From Octopus vulgaris (Eukaryota), in the NCBI GenBank assembly GCA_951406725.2, contig OX597822.1, positions 5,146,001 through 5,210,000 of the forward strand: a stretch of 64,000 nucleotides of DNA, given 5' to 3'. The notes beneath the pieces were generated by a model. That model saw only the letters and a program-made list of their open reading frames with translations, was not told the DNA's origin and searched no databases. Positions 51,604-64,000 of this stretch are shown here, in pieces. Position 1 is the stretch's first letter. Each line of letters starts with the position of its first letter. Position numbers and translations under genes: made by a program.

Positions 51604-52342
51604 AGCAAGAATAATTAGTTTTTGCCTTGCCAGCATTGAGCAGGTAGATTGTTGCCAAACACTTTAATATGATTGCTCTATCTAAATGGTAAGGATTATT
51701 GTGCAAAGAAGAATAGATAACAGTTCTTAGTAAGTTTTATAACAAGAATCTAGAATATTCTCCCCCATTACCGATCACAACATGCTGAGAGAGAAAATAA
51801 GTGAAGAAGAGCAAATGCATTCATAAACCGAATGATGTTCTAACAGATCTAGTGAGATGGAGAGAGAGGATAGAAGAGCTACTGGAAGTGGGGGTGCTTG
51901 AGTACAACCTGAGAATCTTAGCAATCAAATTCCCTTCAAGTAACATAATATCATCATGAAAGAAAGGACACATTGGATAATGCCATTCTAGATCAGGACT
52001 GACCAGGAATTAAACAATAATAACAACAACAATCACACCAAGAAAATCAGTTTTCATTGTTATATTGAAACTGTTAGTGTTTTACCACCTGTGTGAATCT
52101 CGTCTTTCAGCCCAGTGTGCACTAAGAGAAAGATCATATCAATCACCAATGATACCAGTAAAAACATAATGTGTGATGCAAAGAACATTATAGTGATTAT
52201 CTTTTGCATCTGTTTTTATGGAAAGTTGTCTTTTATGTGTCCTGTTACAGAATATGAGGCATCTAGGTAAATAAATGGGTGTTTCTATTAAGTTACTGTA
52301 GAAATTGCTTCTTCCCAGATGCCTTGTGATCAGGTTTCCTTC

Positions 52343-52563
52343 TCCTTTCGTTACTGTATTTATTTTGAGATGCTTTGTATTGCTTTCAATTAATTTTAAA
52401 TATAACAAAGAATTTACTAAAATAACTTAGTTATCATTAAGCTAGTGTTAGGAACGTAAATTGTGACTAAGGCTTGGTGGAATATTTTAATTCAAAACTT
52501 ATGAAAACAAGACATTTTACCACAGAGCCAGAGCCGGTTTTGGCTGGGTTGGTAACAAAAGGG
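52343..52563. mobile_element. piggyBac-type MITE (family F)
   Basis: cctttcgttac ... ggtaacaaaaggg|TTAA; related copies at 60515-60742 and 11065-11247. Confidence 0.7.
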
Positions 52564-52914
52564 TTAAGATCACATTATTCAGTTCAATTTTAAACTTCCC
52601 AACTCCCCATCAATCAACTCCCCCCTCTCACACACAGAGGCAGATTGGTGAATTACAGTAACGAAGAGGTTAAGTGCTTGGTTATTAAGCAAACTATAAT
52701 GGGAGTGGACTAAAGAGAGCTGGCTCTAATTGCCATCCCTTGTTAAGCATGTGCCATGACAGGAGAGAGAGAGAGTGAGAGAGTGAGGGGTAGAAAAGCA
52801 TCACACAGTGAGTGGTAGATGAGAGACTAGTGAATAGAATGGAAGGATGGTAGAGGTAGACTTGATATGAACATAATGGGCAAGATGGACCAAAGTGTTG
52901 ATATACATCCCATC

Positions 52915-53710
52915 AACATCCATCATTATTTACCTGTATGTTTTTCCATGTTTACATAGATTGAACATGTCTTCTCCAGCACAGCACTTTGCCATGTGTT
53001 GCAGTCCTTCGTTATTTCCTTCACAACATTCAGCCCCTTGACGTATGACTTCAGCACTTTTCCCCGCCATATCTTCTTTGACCCCACCTTGTCCTACCTT
53101 TTCTACATGTTCCATTCAATTTGAGCAATTTCTATTTCTTGGCACATTTGACATCTTCCATACAAACTACATGGTCTGCAATACATCTGATTCTTCTAAT
53201 ATCCAGGGCTTTTTTTTTTCCAGCTCATTTATTCATCACTGTTCATGTACACTGACATTACACCTCCAGCAAAGCATGCTCATCTAGCTTCTTTTGAGTC
53301 TTCATAAACCTTTGCTATTAATTGTGTCCAGATGTTGTTATCATGCTACATCATTTCAACAACAAGCATTATACAGTCTGCTCTTTTGTGTGATAGAGAA
53401 ACCATTAGTACCAGTACAGGTAATAGCCCTGTAAATTTTCCCACCTAATGTTTACTCTCCCTACTAGGATTTTAAAGCACCCAGCTGTACATGAAGTCAC
53501 CTATGTTACAAATACTGTCAACCACGTGTATGGAACTTTCTACACATTTGAAAGAATCGATTTTGCATGTACTGATACTGCTAACAGAATCTACTGTTTC
53601 TGCCATTCTACTTGTGGTTCAATTCCTTCCACATAATTTTACATCCATAAAATAAATTCTTTCAATTCTCAGAAGTAGTTTAGGAATACTGGTACCTAGG
53701 TAACCTAATA
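52915..53710 (-). pseudogene. Decayed RTE-clade LINE 3' portion
   Basis: Minus-strand pieces VVDSICNIGD, GCFKILVGRVNIRW and a G...vGqG...kTW-like segment, ending in a (gat)n tail; same region of RT as 13690-13905. Confidence 0.6.
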
Positions 53711-53744
53711 ACCAGAGAATTTCATGGAGCTATAACAACTGATC

Positions 53745-53900
53745 ACCATCATCATCATCATTTAACAACTGTTTTCCATATTGACATGAGCTGGATGGCT
53801 TGACAGGAACTGATAAAACCAGGGACTGCACCAGGTTCCATAGTCTGTTTTGGTCTGGTTTCTATGGCTAGATGTGCTTCCTAATGCCAACCACTCCACA
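53745..53900 (-). mobile_element. RTE-type 3' end (family D)
   Basis: (cat)n tttaac...cttcctaatgccaaccactcc. Confidence 0.7.
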
Positions 53901-54727
53901 CTATCACCTGACTCTTGGTTATTTCACAGGAGTTTACTTAGTTTTAGGCATTCAGGCCAGATCACTTGCCTGAAGATAATTCCTCTTCCTTCCACCAGAT
54001 TTAGAGGTGCTGAAAACAGTCATGGGCACTGCCTTCTTCGATTGGGAGAATTTTACCCCACCCATAACTTAACAATTCAACAAGGCTTGAAAAATAAGTA
54101 CTGGGGTTGATTTGTCTGACTAAATAATTGAAGTAGGTACCACAAGATGGTTGCACTCAAATGGCTGAAACAAATAAAAGATAAAGAATATATAGAATTA
54201 TTTTATTGTCTCTTTCCTTGATGTGCGCACACACGTATAACTGCCCCACATGCACACACTTTCTCTTCTTGGCCACTCCACTATGAGAGCAGCATTAACA
54301 AAGTGCTGGCACTACATACAGTTTAGGTTTTCATTAATATAACTGCAATGTTAGATTGAGAAAATTTTATCATTACACAAGAGAGATAGTGACATGACTG
54401 AAGTGACCCCCTCTACATTATAGCAGTTTTTATAGACAGTTAATGCTTTTCTAGATATGGGGCTTTGGCTATAACTTCAGCAATCTATACTCCTTGATGA
54501 GGGTTTTATTTATTGCTACTGTTGTTGGAGAGAGGTTACTTTACTGCAGTTTACAATGCCCATATCGCCCTTATGCAGAGACAGAAATATCATTTGCTTA
54601 GGTAAAACTTAGCACTCACTTTTGCTGCATGCAGCTTTCTTGAGAGAAGTTGGGATAAATGTTGTGACCCTGAATTACCAGAAATGAACTTGGCTGATTC
54701 CTCACATAAATGAGTTGTTTATTCTGT

Positions 54728-54794
<67 letters not shown>

Positions 54795-55680
54795 TATATA
54801 GATAGATAGGTAAATAGATAGAGAGATAGTAGTGATTCATCTGATCAGCTGTGTTTGTATGGTGTTTATTACATGGAACATATACTGTATATAGTTTCTA
54901 GAAGTTAAGACAAAGATTTTTAATAACAAAAGTGACAAATATAAGAAATATCTACATATATGTTTGCAAATATGCGTGTCCATGTGTGTGTGTGTGTGTG
55001 TGTGTGTCTATATGTGTACACATGCACATGGAGACATAAATCTAAGTGAAAACAAAGAGATAAACCTAACAACAATTCTTCACTGTTGTTGGTATACATT
55101 AACAAAAATATAATAGAATGCACTGAAGGTAGAAAATAATGATTGAATCATACTTTGTTACAACAACAGCCGTGCCATTATCACCAACATTATCAATTGG
55201 AGCAACGACCATTTCTCACTGACTGCAACAAGCTAGATAGTGAAATTTGCTGAAGCAAAATGATTCTTACAATTGATTGCTTTCTGTAACCCTAACCATT
55301 CATCATATAAATGGTGTAAGAAGCAACATGCCATTTTCCAAATGAACTAACACTAATATATGTCAAATGTTTCATAAAGAGTTTGGATTTCTTGAGAAGA
55401 CAGATAAATTGGAAGAATTGCCAGAAAAGGTGATGCTAGGTGAGACAACACAGACTGTAATAGAGTAAAGTGGAGCTGAAGGAGGACAGAAAAATAGAAG
55501 CAGAAATATATCAACACCTATTTGATTAAAAGTAAACATTTCAATAAAATAAAGGGCAAAAGTGGTAAAGGAACAATGAAATATACTAAGAAATATTATT
55601 GTGAAAATGATCATTTATTTTTAATAGCTGTGTGTGTGTGTGTGCAAGTGTATGTGTTTATATATATATATATATATATA

Positions 55681-55856
55681 GGAAAAAAGCAACAAGAATG
55701 GATCAATATATCGGTACAATTGTTTCATACGAAGATATCTTTAATAAGGCTACAAAAATTGCAGTAAATATAGGTAAATTTTTGTAGCCTTATTAAAGAT
55801 GTCTTCGTACGAAACAATTGTACCAATATATTGATCCATTCTTGTTCCTTTTTCCC
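55681..55856. repeat. Hairpin with ~80-bp arms and 16-nt loop, inside an (AT)n-flanked insertion
   Basis: 55691-55760 is the reverse complement of 55777-55846 with 3 transition mismatches. Confidence 0.92.
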
Positions 55857-55977
55857 TATTTGTAATCACCCCACTTTGTCGTATGGTTAACACCAAATAG
55901 ATTTCCAGTGCATCCAAGTTAAGTACCATATTCATGTGAATTCAAGAGAACTCACTTGAATCTTAATTGCTTATACC

Positions 55978-56034
<57 letters not shown>

Positions 56035-56035
<1 letters not shown>

Positions 56036-56305
56036 ATACATGGTTTCCTGGCAGTGTGTTGTGTTCTTGAGCAAGAAATTTTCTTTCATGCTGATCCATT
56101 CTACTCAGGTGGTAAAAATGAATAACACCTGTATTTCAAAGGACTGGCCTTATCACATTCTGAGTCAAATTGAATCTCCTTGAGAACTATGTTAATGGCA
56201 TGTGTGTATGTGGAGTGCTCCGTCACTTACATGTTAATTTCACGAGTAGGCTGTTTTGTTGATCAAATCAGTTGGGACCTTTGTCGTCATAATCAATGGT
56301 GTGCC
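56035..56305 (+). mobile_element. Old CORE-SINE with family-B tail
   Basis: gtgttcttgagcaag...acctgtatttcaaagg...tggagtgctc...ttaatttcacgag. Confidence 0.75.
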
Positions 56306-56359
<54 letters not shown>

Positions 56360-57844
56360 GTGGCACACACACACAAATACACACATGCATGTATTTATGA
56401 CAACATAAAAATGTAGATGCAAAATGAACAAGAGAACACACATCCACATGCATATTTTCATTCTTTTAGTTTATACGTCTATTTTTTCCCATGGTATGGG
56501 TTAGATTTTTCTACAGTTAAAAATTCTTCCTTTTGCCAGATCTTATCAGTTTTACTATTAACATAATTTAATTCCGCTGGTGTTCATAAGTTACAAGTGA
56601 AAGGTTTTGACTTTTGCTTACAAGAAAATGTAAAGAAAGGCACTGTGTTTTTATATAAATGGTATTAATGGAAAGATGTAAAATTAACACACACACACAC
56701 ATATTTCTGTACCATTGTTTCATCCTAGTATCCAGAGATTTGGACACAAAACCCTTCAGCAGACTGTTATAGTTGTGGAAATAATAGGCAAGACAGTAGC
56801 ATATTATATAATGTGTGATATCATCAGTGGTCTGTCTGTTGACCCCCACAAAATGGCAGCAAGTTTCATACTTTATCTACAAGTTGATACTAGCATCTGT
56901 CATTTTGTTCATTATTGGTATAGTGGCAAGGTGTGTGGTTAATGTGATTTTTTTTTCCCCAGTCAAACATAAATTCAACTATTATTGTTACTTCTGTTTT
57001 TCTTTTACCAAATATACTTTGAGAGAGATGTAGTGACTCCTTTTTATGACTGCTTGAAAGTGAAAAATGCTGCTTGAAAGTGAAAGATACTGTTTGTAAA
57101 CACTACAATGAACCTTGCTTTTGAAGCACATTTGGCACGTTTCTGTAGTAGAAAAACTTATAAACTTCCTTTTTAATTTTAATATGAAGTCACAGAATAG
57201 CTAGGGCAGTTAAGGTATCATTTTAAAATTAATGAACACATAAAAATGATTAATTTTTAAAAATCCTTTCCTTCGTAATTCTTCTTACTCGACCTGCAAG
57301 AGACCAGATCTTTAAAGTACCTGTTTTTAAAAGGATAAAAAGTGAATATAGCAAGCTAAGTGAGACATAAACACACTTTCACTCCTATTAAATGTGATAT
57401 TCTGAGCAATTCAAACCTTCATTGATAGCTCTAAAAAAACTCTATAAAGAATAAATGACTCACGTTTTATATCTCTTTTCCATCAGTTAATGCATGAAAT
57501 TAATGAAACATTGAAAATAGGAATTTCAAATCATCACAAATTCGCAATGGTGCTGCATGCTTGGGGAAAACAAGATCATCACTGCTTTCCAGCTTCCTTC
57601 CTCTATAAATCTGACACTTGATTCTCATTAATTATTAGCAAAACACTTAAGGATATGAAATATATTTATAAATAGGGAGCTGACTAGTTTTGTTTACATA
57701 GGATATGACAGCTAAATTAATTGCAAAGATGTGATTTCTTACTTAGGCATGGTTGAATTGACTCTTGTGTATTACTGGTATAGATTAAGCAATCACAAAA
57801 GAATGTAATTTGCTCAAGGATTTAAACTGAGGCTGTAGATGCAT

Positions 57845-58185
57845 CATCATCATCATTGTATTAAAATCTAAATTTCCAGTCTTGTATGGGTCAGATGGAA
57901 TTCATTGAGTCAGATTTTTTACAGTTGCATGTCTCTCCTGTCTTTAACCCTTATCTACTTCGAAGCATGAAAATATTTCCTCATGGACAGGTATCTTTCC
58001 ATAGAAGGTTAGATATGAAACACACCACTGGTAAGACAGTGCTACCTGTTTACAACTGCCAGACCATGACAATACATGGATGTGCACATACATGACAGGT
58101 ATCTTTCACTTACCATCTATCAAATTTACTCACAAGATTTTGGTCAGAAAACATTTGCCCAAGGTGCCATGCTGTAGGGTTGATA
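57845..58185 (-). mobile_element. Old SINE (family-A head, RTE-like tail)
   Basis: tgggtcagatggaattc...tactcacaagattttggtc...cccaaggtgcc. Confidence 0.6.
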
Positions 58186-59151
58186 CCTTTTGTACAAAGT
58201 TAGAATCTTCAGTGAGTAACAGAAGTGTTAATAATGACAGCATTTTTGTGATATAGCTGGTAGCCAAACCCTAAGGTAGCATTTCCAATAATATGGACTT
58301 CTGCAAATTACACTTGATGTAAAGGTCTCTTTTAAATCATTTGATTTGGTTATATTAGGACAATAAATTCACACCCACAGTAAAAACAATATATTGCTAA
58401 TATATTACAGTATTTTTCCACAAGCTCACTGGCTAATCACACATCTCCTGGGACTGGTTTTCTATAAATAGCTGGTGGGGAGATGAGTTGTTGCTATTTC
58501 TAACAGTTGAGTGTCCATAATTGACAAGACCAAAGAAGGTTCAAATGACATGATCTAGGGAACTTGGTGCTGGAGGTGGTGGGGATTTTTCTCCCCACTA
58601 GCAATATAAACAAGAGTGCATTTTGCACTAAAAACCAATATCTGAGTTTCTCTCATGGTATCTAACACTGTATAGTCTGTTCTAACAGAACATCCACGTT
58701 TAAGTGGTTATAAATGTGAGTACCATGTCTGAAACAGATTTAAAACAAATATCATATCCATTCCTGCAATTAACAGGAATTAAAATGTGTTTATCAGTCA
58801 AACAATACACCGAAAGCATAGTTTATTTGCACTTGTCAGTAAAGGGTTAATTTAACCAATGTCATATTAGATAATAAACAATAAGGAAAATCATTAATAA
58901 GGAACTATAAATAAGAAGAGAAAACAAACATCACATGATAACTAAAATGTGCTGCACTCATTTCTATAAATATTGAAAGACGTGATAAGAAATGCAGATT
59001 GAATAAAGTAGAATTTTTATTGACCCATTTCTGGCAATAAATTAGTACCTTGCATCTGCCAACCATGATTTTACAATGCTAAGTTGCTATGAAGACCAGG
59101 GCTTTGCTTCTTACTATTTCTAGAACCTTGAAACAAATCTGGTATTAGAAT

Positions 59152-59585
59152 TCATCATCATTTAACATCCGTTTTCCATGCTGGTATGGGTTGGACGGTT
59201 TGACTGAAAACTGGTAAGCCAGGGAGCTGCACCAGATTCCAATCTGATTTGACATGGTTTCTACAGTGGGATACCCTTCCTAACATCAACCACTCCAAGA
59301 GTGCAGTGGTTGCTTTCTACATGTCACCAGCATGGGTGCCTGTTACTCGCTCTGGCATCTCACTTGGCTTAACAGATCTTCTCAAGCACAGTATATTTGA
59401 AAGGAGCTTTTTACATGTCACTGGGTCCAGCCATGTGACACAGGTACTGGGCACAACTATGGTTTCCCGTGGCTTGACAGGTCTTCCCAAGCACAGCGTA
59501 TCACCCAACGTCTGAGTGCACTTTTTATATGTCAGTTACGTGACACTGGCATCAGCCACAACTACAATTTCACTTGGCTTGACAG
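59152..59585 (-). mobile_element. Family-D 3' region with three degenerate ~100-bp internal repeats
   Basis: ttt(t/c)ta(c/t)atgtca....cacttggctt(a/g)acag.tcttc.caagcacag recurs at ~59315, 59408 and 59522. Confidence 0.7.
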
Positions 59586-60514
59586 TTTTATACATGGCCT
59601 AGACTTTTCACAGAAAATTAATTCCATTTTACAGCCATTTTTCCATGCTAGTATGGGTTAGACAAATATATTACCAAGACATTGTTTTACAGGTGGATGC
59701 TTCTCCTGTCATTAAACCACTACCAACTTTTGAAGTAGGGGGATCTCTCATTTAACATGACTTCAAGGATACAAAGCTAGTGGGTGATTTACAAACAGGG
59801 GAAATGGCAACAACATTAGAATATGTATCTCAGTGATTTTCAGTGAAGCACCAATACAAACTAACACATGTATATACACACAAATACATATACGCATACC
59901 CCCACCAAATAAACAAGAACACACATATGCACAGCTAGCTTCTTTCAGGTTTCATCTGGCAAATCCAATTACAATAGCTTGATCAGCTCAGAACTATAAC
60001 AGAAGGAATTTACCCAAGGTGCCCTGCAGCAGGATTGAACCCCAAACAACATAGTTGCAAAGTAAGCTTCTCAACTACACACCAATGCCTTCATCTGTAG
60101 CACCTCTTTCATAAACAGGAAATTAATTCACAAGTTAGAATGATTAAAGATATAAAAATAAAAATAAAAACTGGCAAACATTATTGAAAGCATAATCAAA
60201 ATAATACTTCAAATGTAAGCTGGTTTGGTTAACAGAACAGAAAAAATCAAATTACTCTTGCAATAAACAGAAGAGGTTTCAAATCTCTTGTGACTATGTA
60301 TTGGCAAGTTTTTAATTTAGTAATAATCATTAGCAGAGTTGTGTTATGAAGTAGACATCTTGAAAATCTAAATGATACAAGATACATTTGATAAACATTT
60401 GAATCTTTGTGTTACTACAAATGTACGCCAAAACATAGAAAATCTTTCTCAAAAAATGATATAATTTCTTCTGTGTTTATTAATATATTTTTGATTTTGA
60501 AATGCAATTCATTT

Positions 60515-60742
60515 TACTCCTTCTTTCAAAATGTTTCTGCTAAGAAACAACACTGCCTCTGTTTCAATTAATTCTTAAAATTATGAAGAATTTAATAAAA
60601 CAACCTTATCATTACTAAGCTGGTGTTTGGAACATAAATTAACCTGAAGTTTAGATGGAAGGTTTTAATTTAGAACATTTTAAAACAGGAAATTTGTATC
60701 AAAGAACCAAAGGAAGTTGCAAGTAGATTAGTATCAAAAGGG
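60515..60742. mobile_element. piggyBac-type MITE (family F)
   Basis: Ends gtatcaaaaggg|TTAA; body like 52343-52563. Confidence 0.65.
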
Positions 60743-61008
60743 TTAATGGAAATGACTGAAATTAAATGACTTTGAATATCTAGGTAGGTGCCTCATTATT
60801 CAGTATTTAAATCTATTTATCCTTCCAAGCTGGCTAGATAAGATAAAACGATGACTATATGCCTACTAGCTAAGTTTATACTGCATCTGCGTTTAGTAAC
60901 AAATTAGTTTCTCATCTACTTAACATTAAAGAAACTAGAGCTGCATCAACTTATTGAAACTTTTGTGGTCACAGACAGAAAAAAAAAAGGCAAAAAAATA
61001 AAATGTGG

Positions 61009-61335
61009 AGGAAATTTGCCAAATATTATGAGCTGGTGGAAGAATGTAAAAATCAGGGCTGGCAGGCACATTGTGAGCCAGTTCAGATTTTGTTGGGTTG
61101 GGGTGTTCATTCTTGAAAGCTCTGGCAGAGTTTGGACTTACTGGTGCAGCAAAGTGGAGGGCAATAAATTCCATCACTGAAGCAGCAGAGAAGAACACTA
61201 GGTGACTTTAGATAACGAAGGCAAATCAGTGATTAACCCCAGCTGGGTAAACTGATTGACGATGCCTGATATTGAAAACTCAAAACTCTCTATGACCCCA
61301 GAAACATCACTGATAATGCATCCTGGAGCATCTGT
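61009..61335 (+). pseudogene. HERO-clade non-LTR retrotransposon: endonuclease C-terminus and 3' UTR
   Basis: RKFAKYYELVEECKNQGWQAHCEPVQI.../KALAEFGLTGAAKWRAINSITEAAEKNTR*L*I matches HERO RK..KY.eLvEeC...GW...c.PvEvG.rG.....lG.tG...rrAi....eaAE..srWLWi. Confidence 0.85.
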
Positions 61336-61434
61336 AAGATTTACCTTAAAACTAAAAGCTAGCCAAAATATATTTTTATGGTATCTAATTCAGTGTCTCA
61401 CATATAGTGAGTTCAAAACTTTAAGAATTTGTTT

Positions 61435-61940
61435 TCTATCTGTTTCAGTCATTAGACTGTGGCCATGCTGGGGCACCTCCTTGAAGAATTCTAGTTGAAT
61501 GAATTGACCTCAGTACTTATTTTTTGAACCATAAAGTTATGAGGACATAAGCACACTGACACGGGTTGTCAAGCAGTGATGGGGGACAAACATAGACACA
61601 AAAATACACATACCTAGATATATATCATTTAATGTTCTTCCATGCTGGCATGAGTTCGATGGTTTGACAGGGGCTGGCCAGGCAGGAGCCTGCACCATGC
61701 TTCTGTGTCTGTTTTGGCATGGATTTTTATGGCTGGATGCCCTTCCTAACAACTACCACACACACACACACACACACACGACGAGCTTCTTTCAGTTTTC
61801 CACTATCAAATCCACTCAAAAGGCTTTGATTGGCTTAAGGCTATAGTAGAAGATACTTGCCCAAAGTGCCACACAGTGGGACTAAACCCGGGACCATGGG
61901 GTTGGGAAGCAAATTTCTTACCACACTGCCAAGCCTGCAC
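61435..61940 (-). mobile_element. SINE family A with a family-D fragment (61625-61757) in its internal microsatellite
   Basis: A tail 61435-61615, D segment, A head 61780-61940. Confidence 0.8.
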
Positions 61941-62229
61941 TACTTTATTGATAAATTAAGCATTTTGTTTGCTGCTCTATTAATTTTGCCAATCATTACC
62001 TTCGATATTATTTCCAATTTAGGTGCATGGCAGGTAATTTGGTTGGGAAGGAGTTAGTAGGTTACCATGAGCCAGCAGCTGACAGGTTCTTCATTTCAGT
62101 GATTGAAATGGATGAAGGGTGAAATTAACCTTGATGGGATTTGAATCCAGAATGTAAAGAGCTGGAAAAATTACTGCAAAACATTGTCTGACACTCTTAC
62201 ATGTCTACCAATCCAATGCTATGCTTTTT

Positions 62230-62602
62230 CAATGCTCACATGGATTGGAGGGAATTTGTTGAGGTAGATTTTCTGCAGCCAGATACACTTTCTGGTGCTT
62301 TTACCTGTTTCCACTTAAGGTAATGTTCCCCCATGGCCAGACCTGTTCCCAGAGAAGCACGGAAATGAAGAACACTGCTTGCATGATGGTGGCAATCGGT
62401 TACAACTATCAAACAGACTCAAGACAAAGAGACTACACATGCACAATGGGTTTCCTTCACTTTTTATCTACTGATCCATTCACAAGGCTTTGTTTGGCCT
62501 GGGTCTATACTAGAAAACACTTGCCCAAGATGTTACAGTGAGACTGTACCTGAAATCAAGTGGATGGGAAGCAAACTACTTCCTACACAACCACACCTGT
62601 AC
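62230..62602 (-). mobile_element. Old SINE (family-A head, RTE-like tail)
   Basis: ggaatttgttgaggtagattttctg...cacaaggctttg...cacttgcccaag. Confidence 0.65.
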
Positions 62603-62619
62603 CTTATCAACAATAATGA

Positions 62620-63277
62620 TAATTGTTTCTGATATAGGCACAAGGCCAAAAATTTGGAGAAGGAGAGCAGACCCTAAATACTTGACAGGTACTTTATTTT
62701 ATTGGGCCTAAATGGACAAAAAACAAAATTCTCCTCAAAAGGATTTGAGCTCAGAATGTAATGATCTAGAAGAAATGAAGAAATACATTTTGTCTGATGT
62801 TCTAATGAATCTGTCAATCTACTACTCTTGACGATAATCAAAAGGTCTGAAATATGGGGAAGGGTATCAGTTGATTATGTCAATCTTAACACCTGACTGG
62901 GACTGACTTATCTTCTGGAGCCCCAGAAGAGTGAAAGGCAAAGTCAACCTTGGCAAGATTTGAACCCAAAAAATAAATAGTTGCAATTAAATACTACAAG
63001 GAACTTTGTCTGCTGATGAACTGATTCAAGTAATCTGCCATCCTATTAATAATGGTTTCAAATTTTGGCACAAGGCCAGCAAGTTTGGCAGGGGTGGGGG
63101 TAAGTCGATTAGATTGGCCTCGGTGTTTAACTGGTACTTATTTTAAGACCTTGAAATGATGAAAAGCAAAGTCAGCCTCAGCAGAATTTGAACTCAGAAC
63201 ATAAAGGCAGATGAAATGCCACTATACATTTTGCCTGATGAACTAACAATTCTGCCAGTTTATTGCCTTTACTATCC

Positions 63278-63320
<43 letters not shown>

Positions 63321-63530
63321 GATAATCCTTCCTACTAAAGGCACAAGGCCTGAAATTTGGAAAGAGGGGACTTGTAGATTACATCAACCCCAGTGTTTCA
63401 ATGGTACTCAATTTATGGACCCCAAAAAGCAAAGTTGACTTCGGTGAAATTTGAACTCAGAATGTAGCAGCAAACAAAATACCACTAAGTATTTTGCCTG
63501 GCATGCTAACGATTCTGCCAGCTCACCATC

Positions 63531-63569
<39 letters not shown>

Positions 63570-64000
63570 TAATAATAATGATGATAATAATGGTTTCAAG
63601 TTTTGGCATAGGGCTAGTAGTTTTGAAGGGATGGGAAATGACTTCAGTACTTGACTGGTTCTTATTTTCTAAACCCTGAAAGGATGAAAAACAAAGGTGG
63701 CCTTGTTGGAATTTGAACTCAGAACGTAAAGATGGATGAAATGCCACTAAGCATTTTACCAGGGGTCCTAACAGTTCTACTAGCTCACCACCTTGATAAT
63801 AATTGTAGAATGATTTCTAACATTGGCACAGGTGACTAATTTTGGAGGAGAGCCCACTTGATTGAAGTAACAGCAATACTTGAACAGCACTTATTTTATT
63901 GTTCCCAGAATGATAAAAAGCAGTCTACCTAAACAAAATTTAATATTCTATACATCAAGCGAACAACCAGCCATAATTTACAACTTGGCACCAGGCTCCA
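62620..64000 (-). mobile_element. Head-to-tail array of at least six Meta-domain SINEs (family C) separated by (AAT)n
   Basis: Copies at ~62625-62830, 62840-63045, 63052-63270, 63325-63530, 63590-63795 and 63812-63940; another may begin at ~63985. Confidence 0.82.

Noticed and set aside
60935-61198. Listed ORFs 60935-61198(-) and 60965-61180(+)
   Set aside because: Shadow frames of the HERO relic, whose true frame is broken

Overview
AT-rich, microsatellite-saturated eukaryotic DNA with no recognisable host protein-coding exon. The repeat repertoire suggests an octopus (coleoid cephalopod) intron or intergenic region; this is an inference from the tRNA-headed CORE- and Meta-domain SINEs, RTE-type (GAT)n tails and TTAA-flanked MITEs. 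Most supplied ORFs are microsatellite or repeat artefacts. Real protein relics are all transposon fragments: a Penelope GIY-YIG C-terminus, two RTE pieces, a CR1 3' end, a HERO restriction-like endonuclease, an R4/NeSL-like 3' end and mariner. Helitron and Helentron-type non-autonomous elements are also present. The most interesting signal is a set of sequence-unrelated short elements carrying type I hammerhead-ribozyme (HHR) folds. One is a 361-bp unit with a 74-bp terminal direct repeat and a U3-A8 covariant HHR in a rod-like fold (retrozyme-like, 40386-40820). A second is a ~320-bp candidate with an HHR at 43212-43296. A third is a tRNA-headed SINE ending in a Penelope-type HHR, present as a head-to-head fold-back that encloses a Penelope endonuclease fragment (6768-7822). 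Also notable are (AT)n-associated inverted duplications, head-to-tail Meta-SINE arrays in (AAT)n, and a CCAAT/CRE/YY1 promoter candidate near 16.15 kb. All family names come from motif recognition by eye, not database searches. Boundaries of old repeats are approximate.
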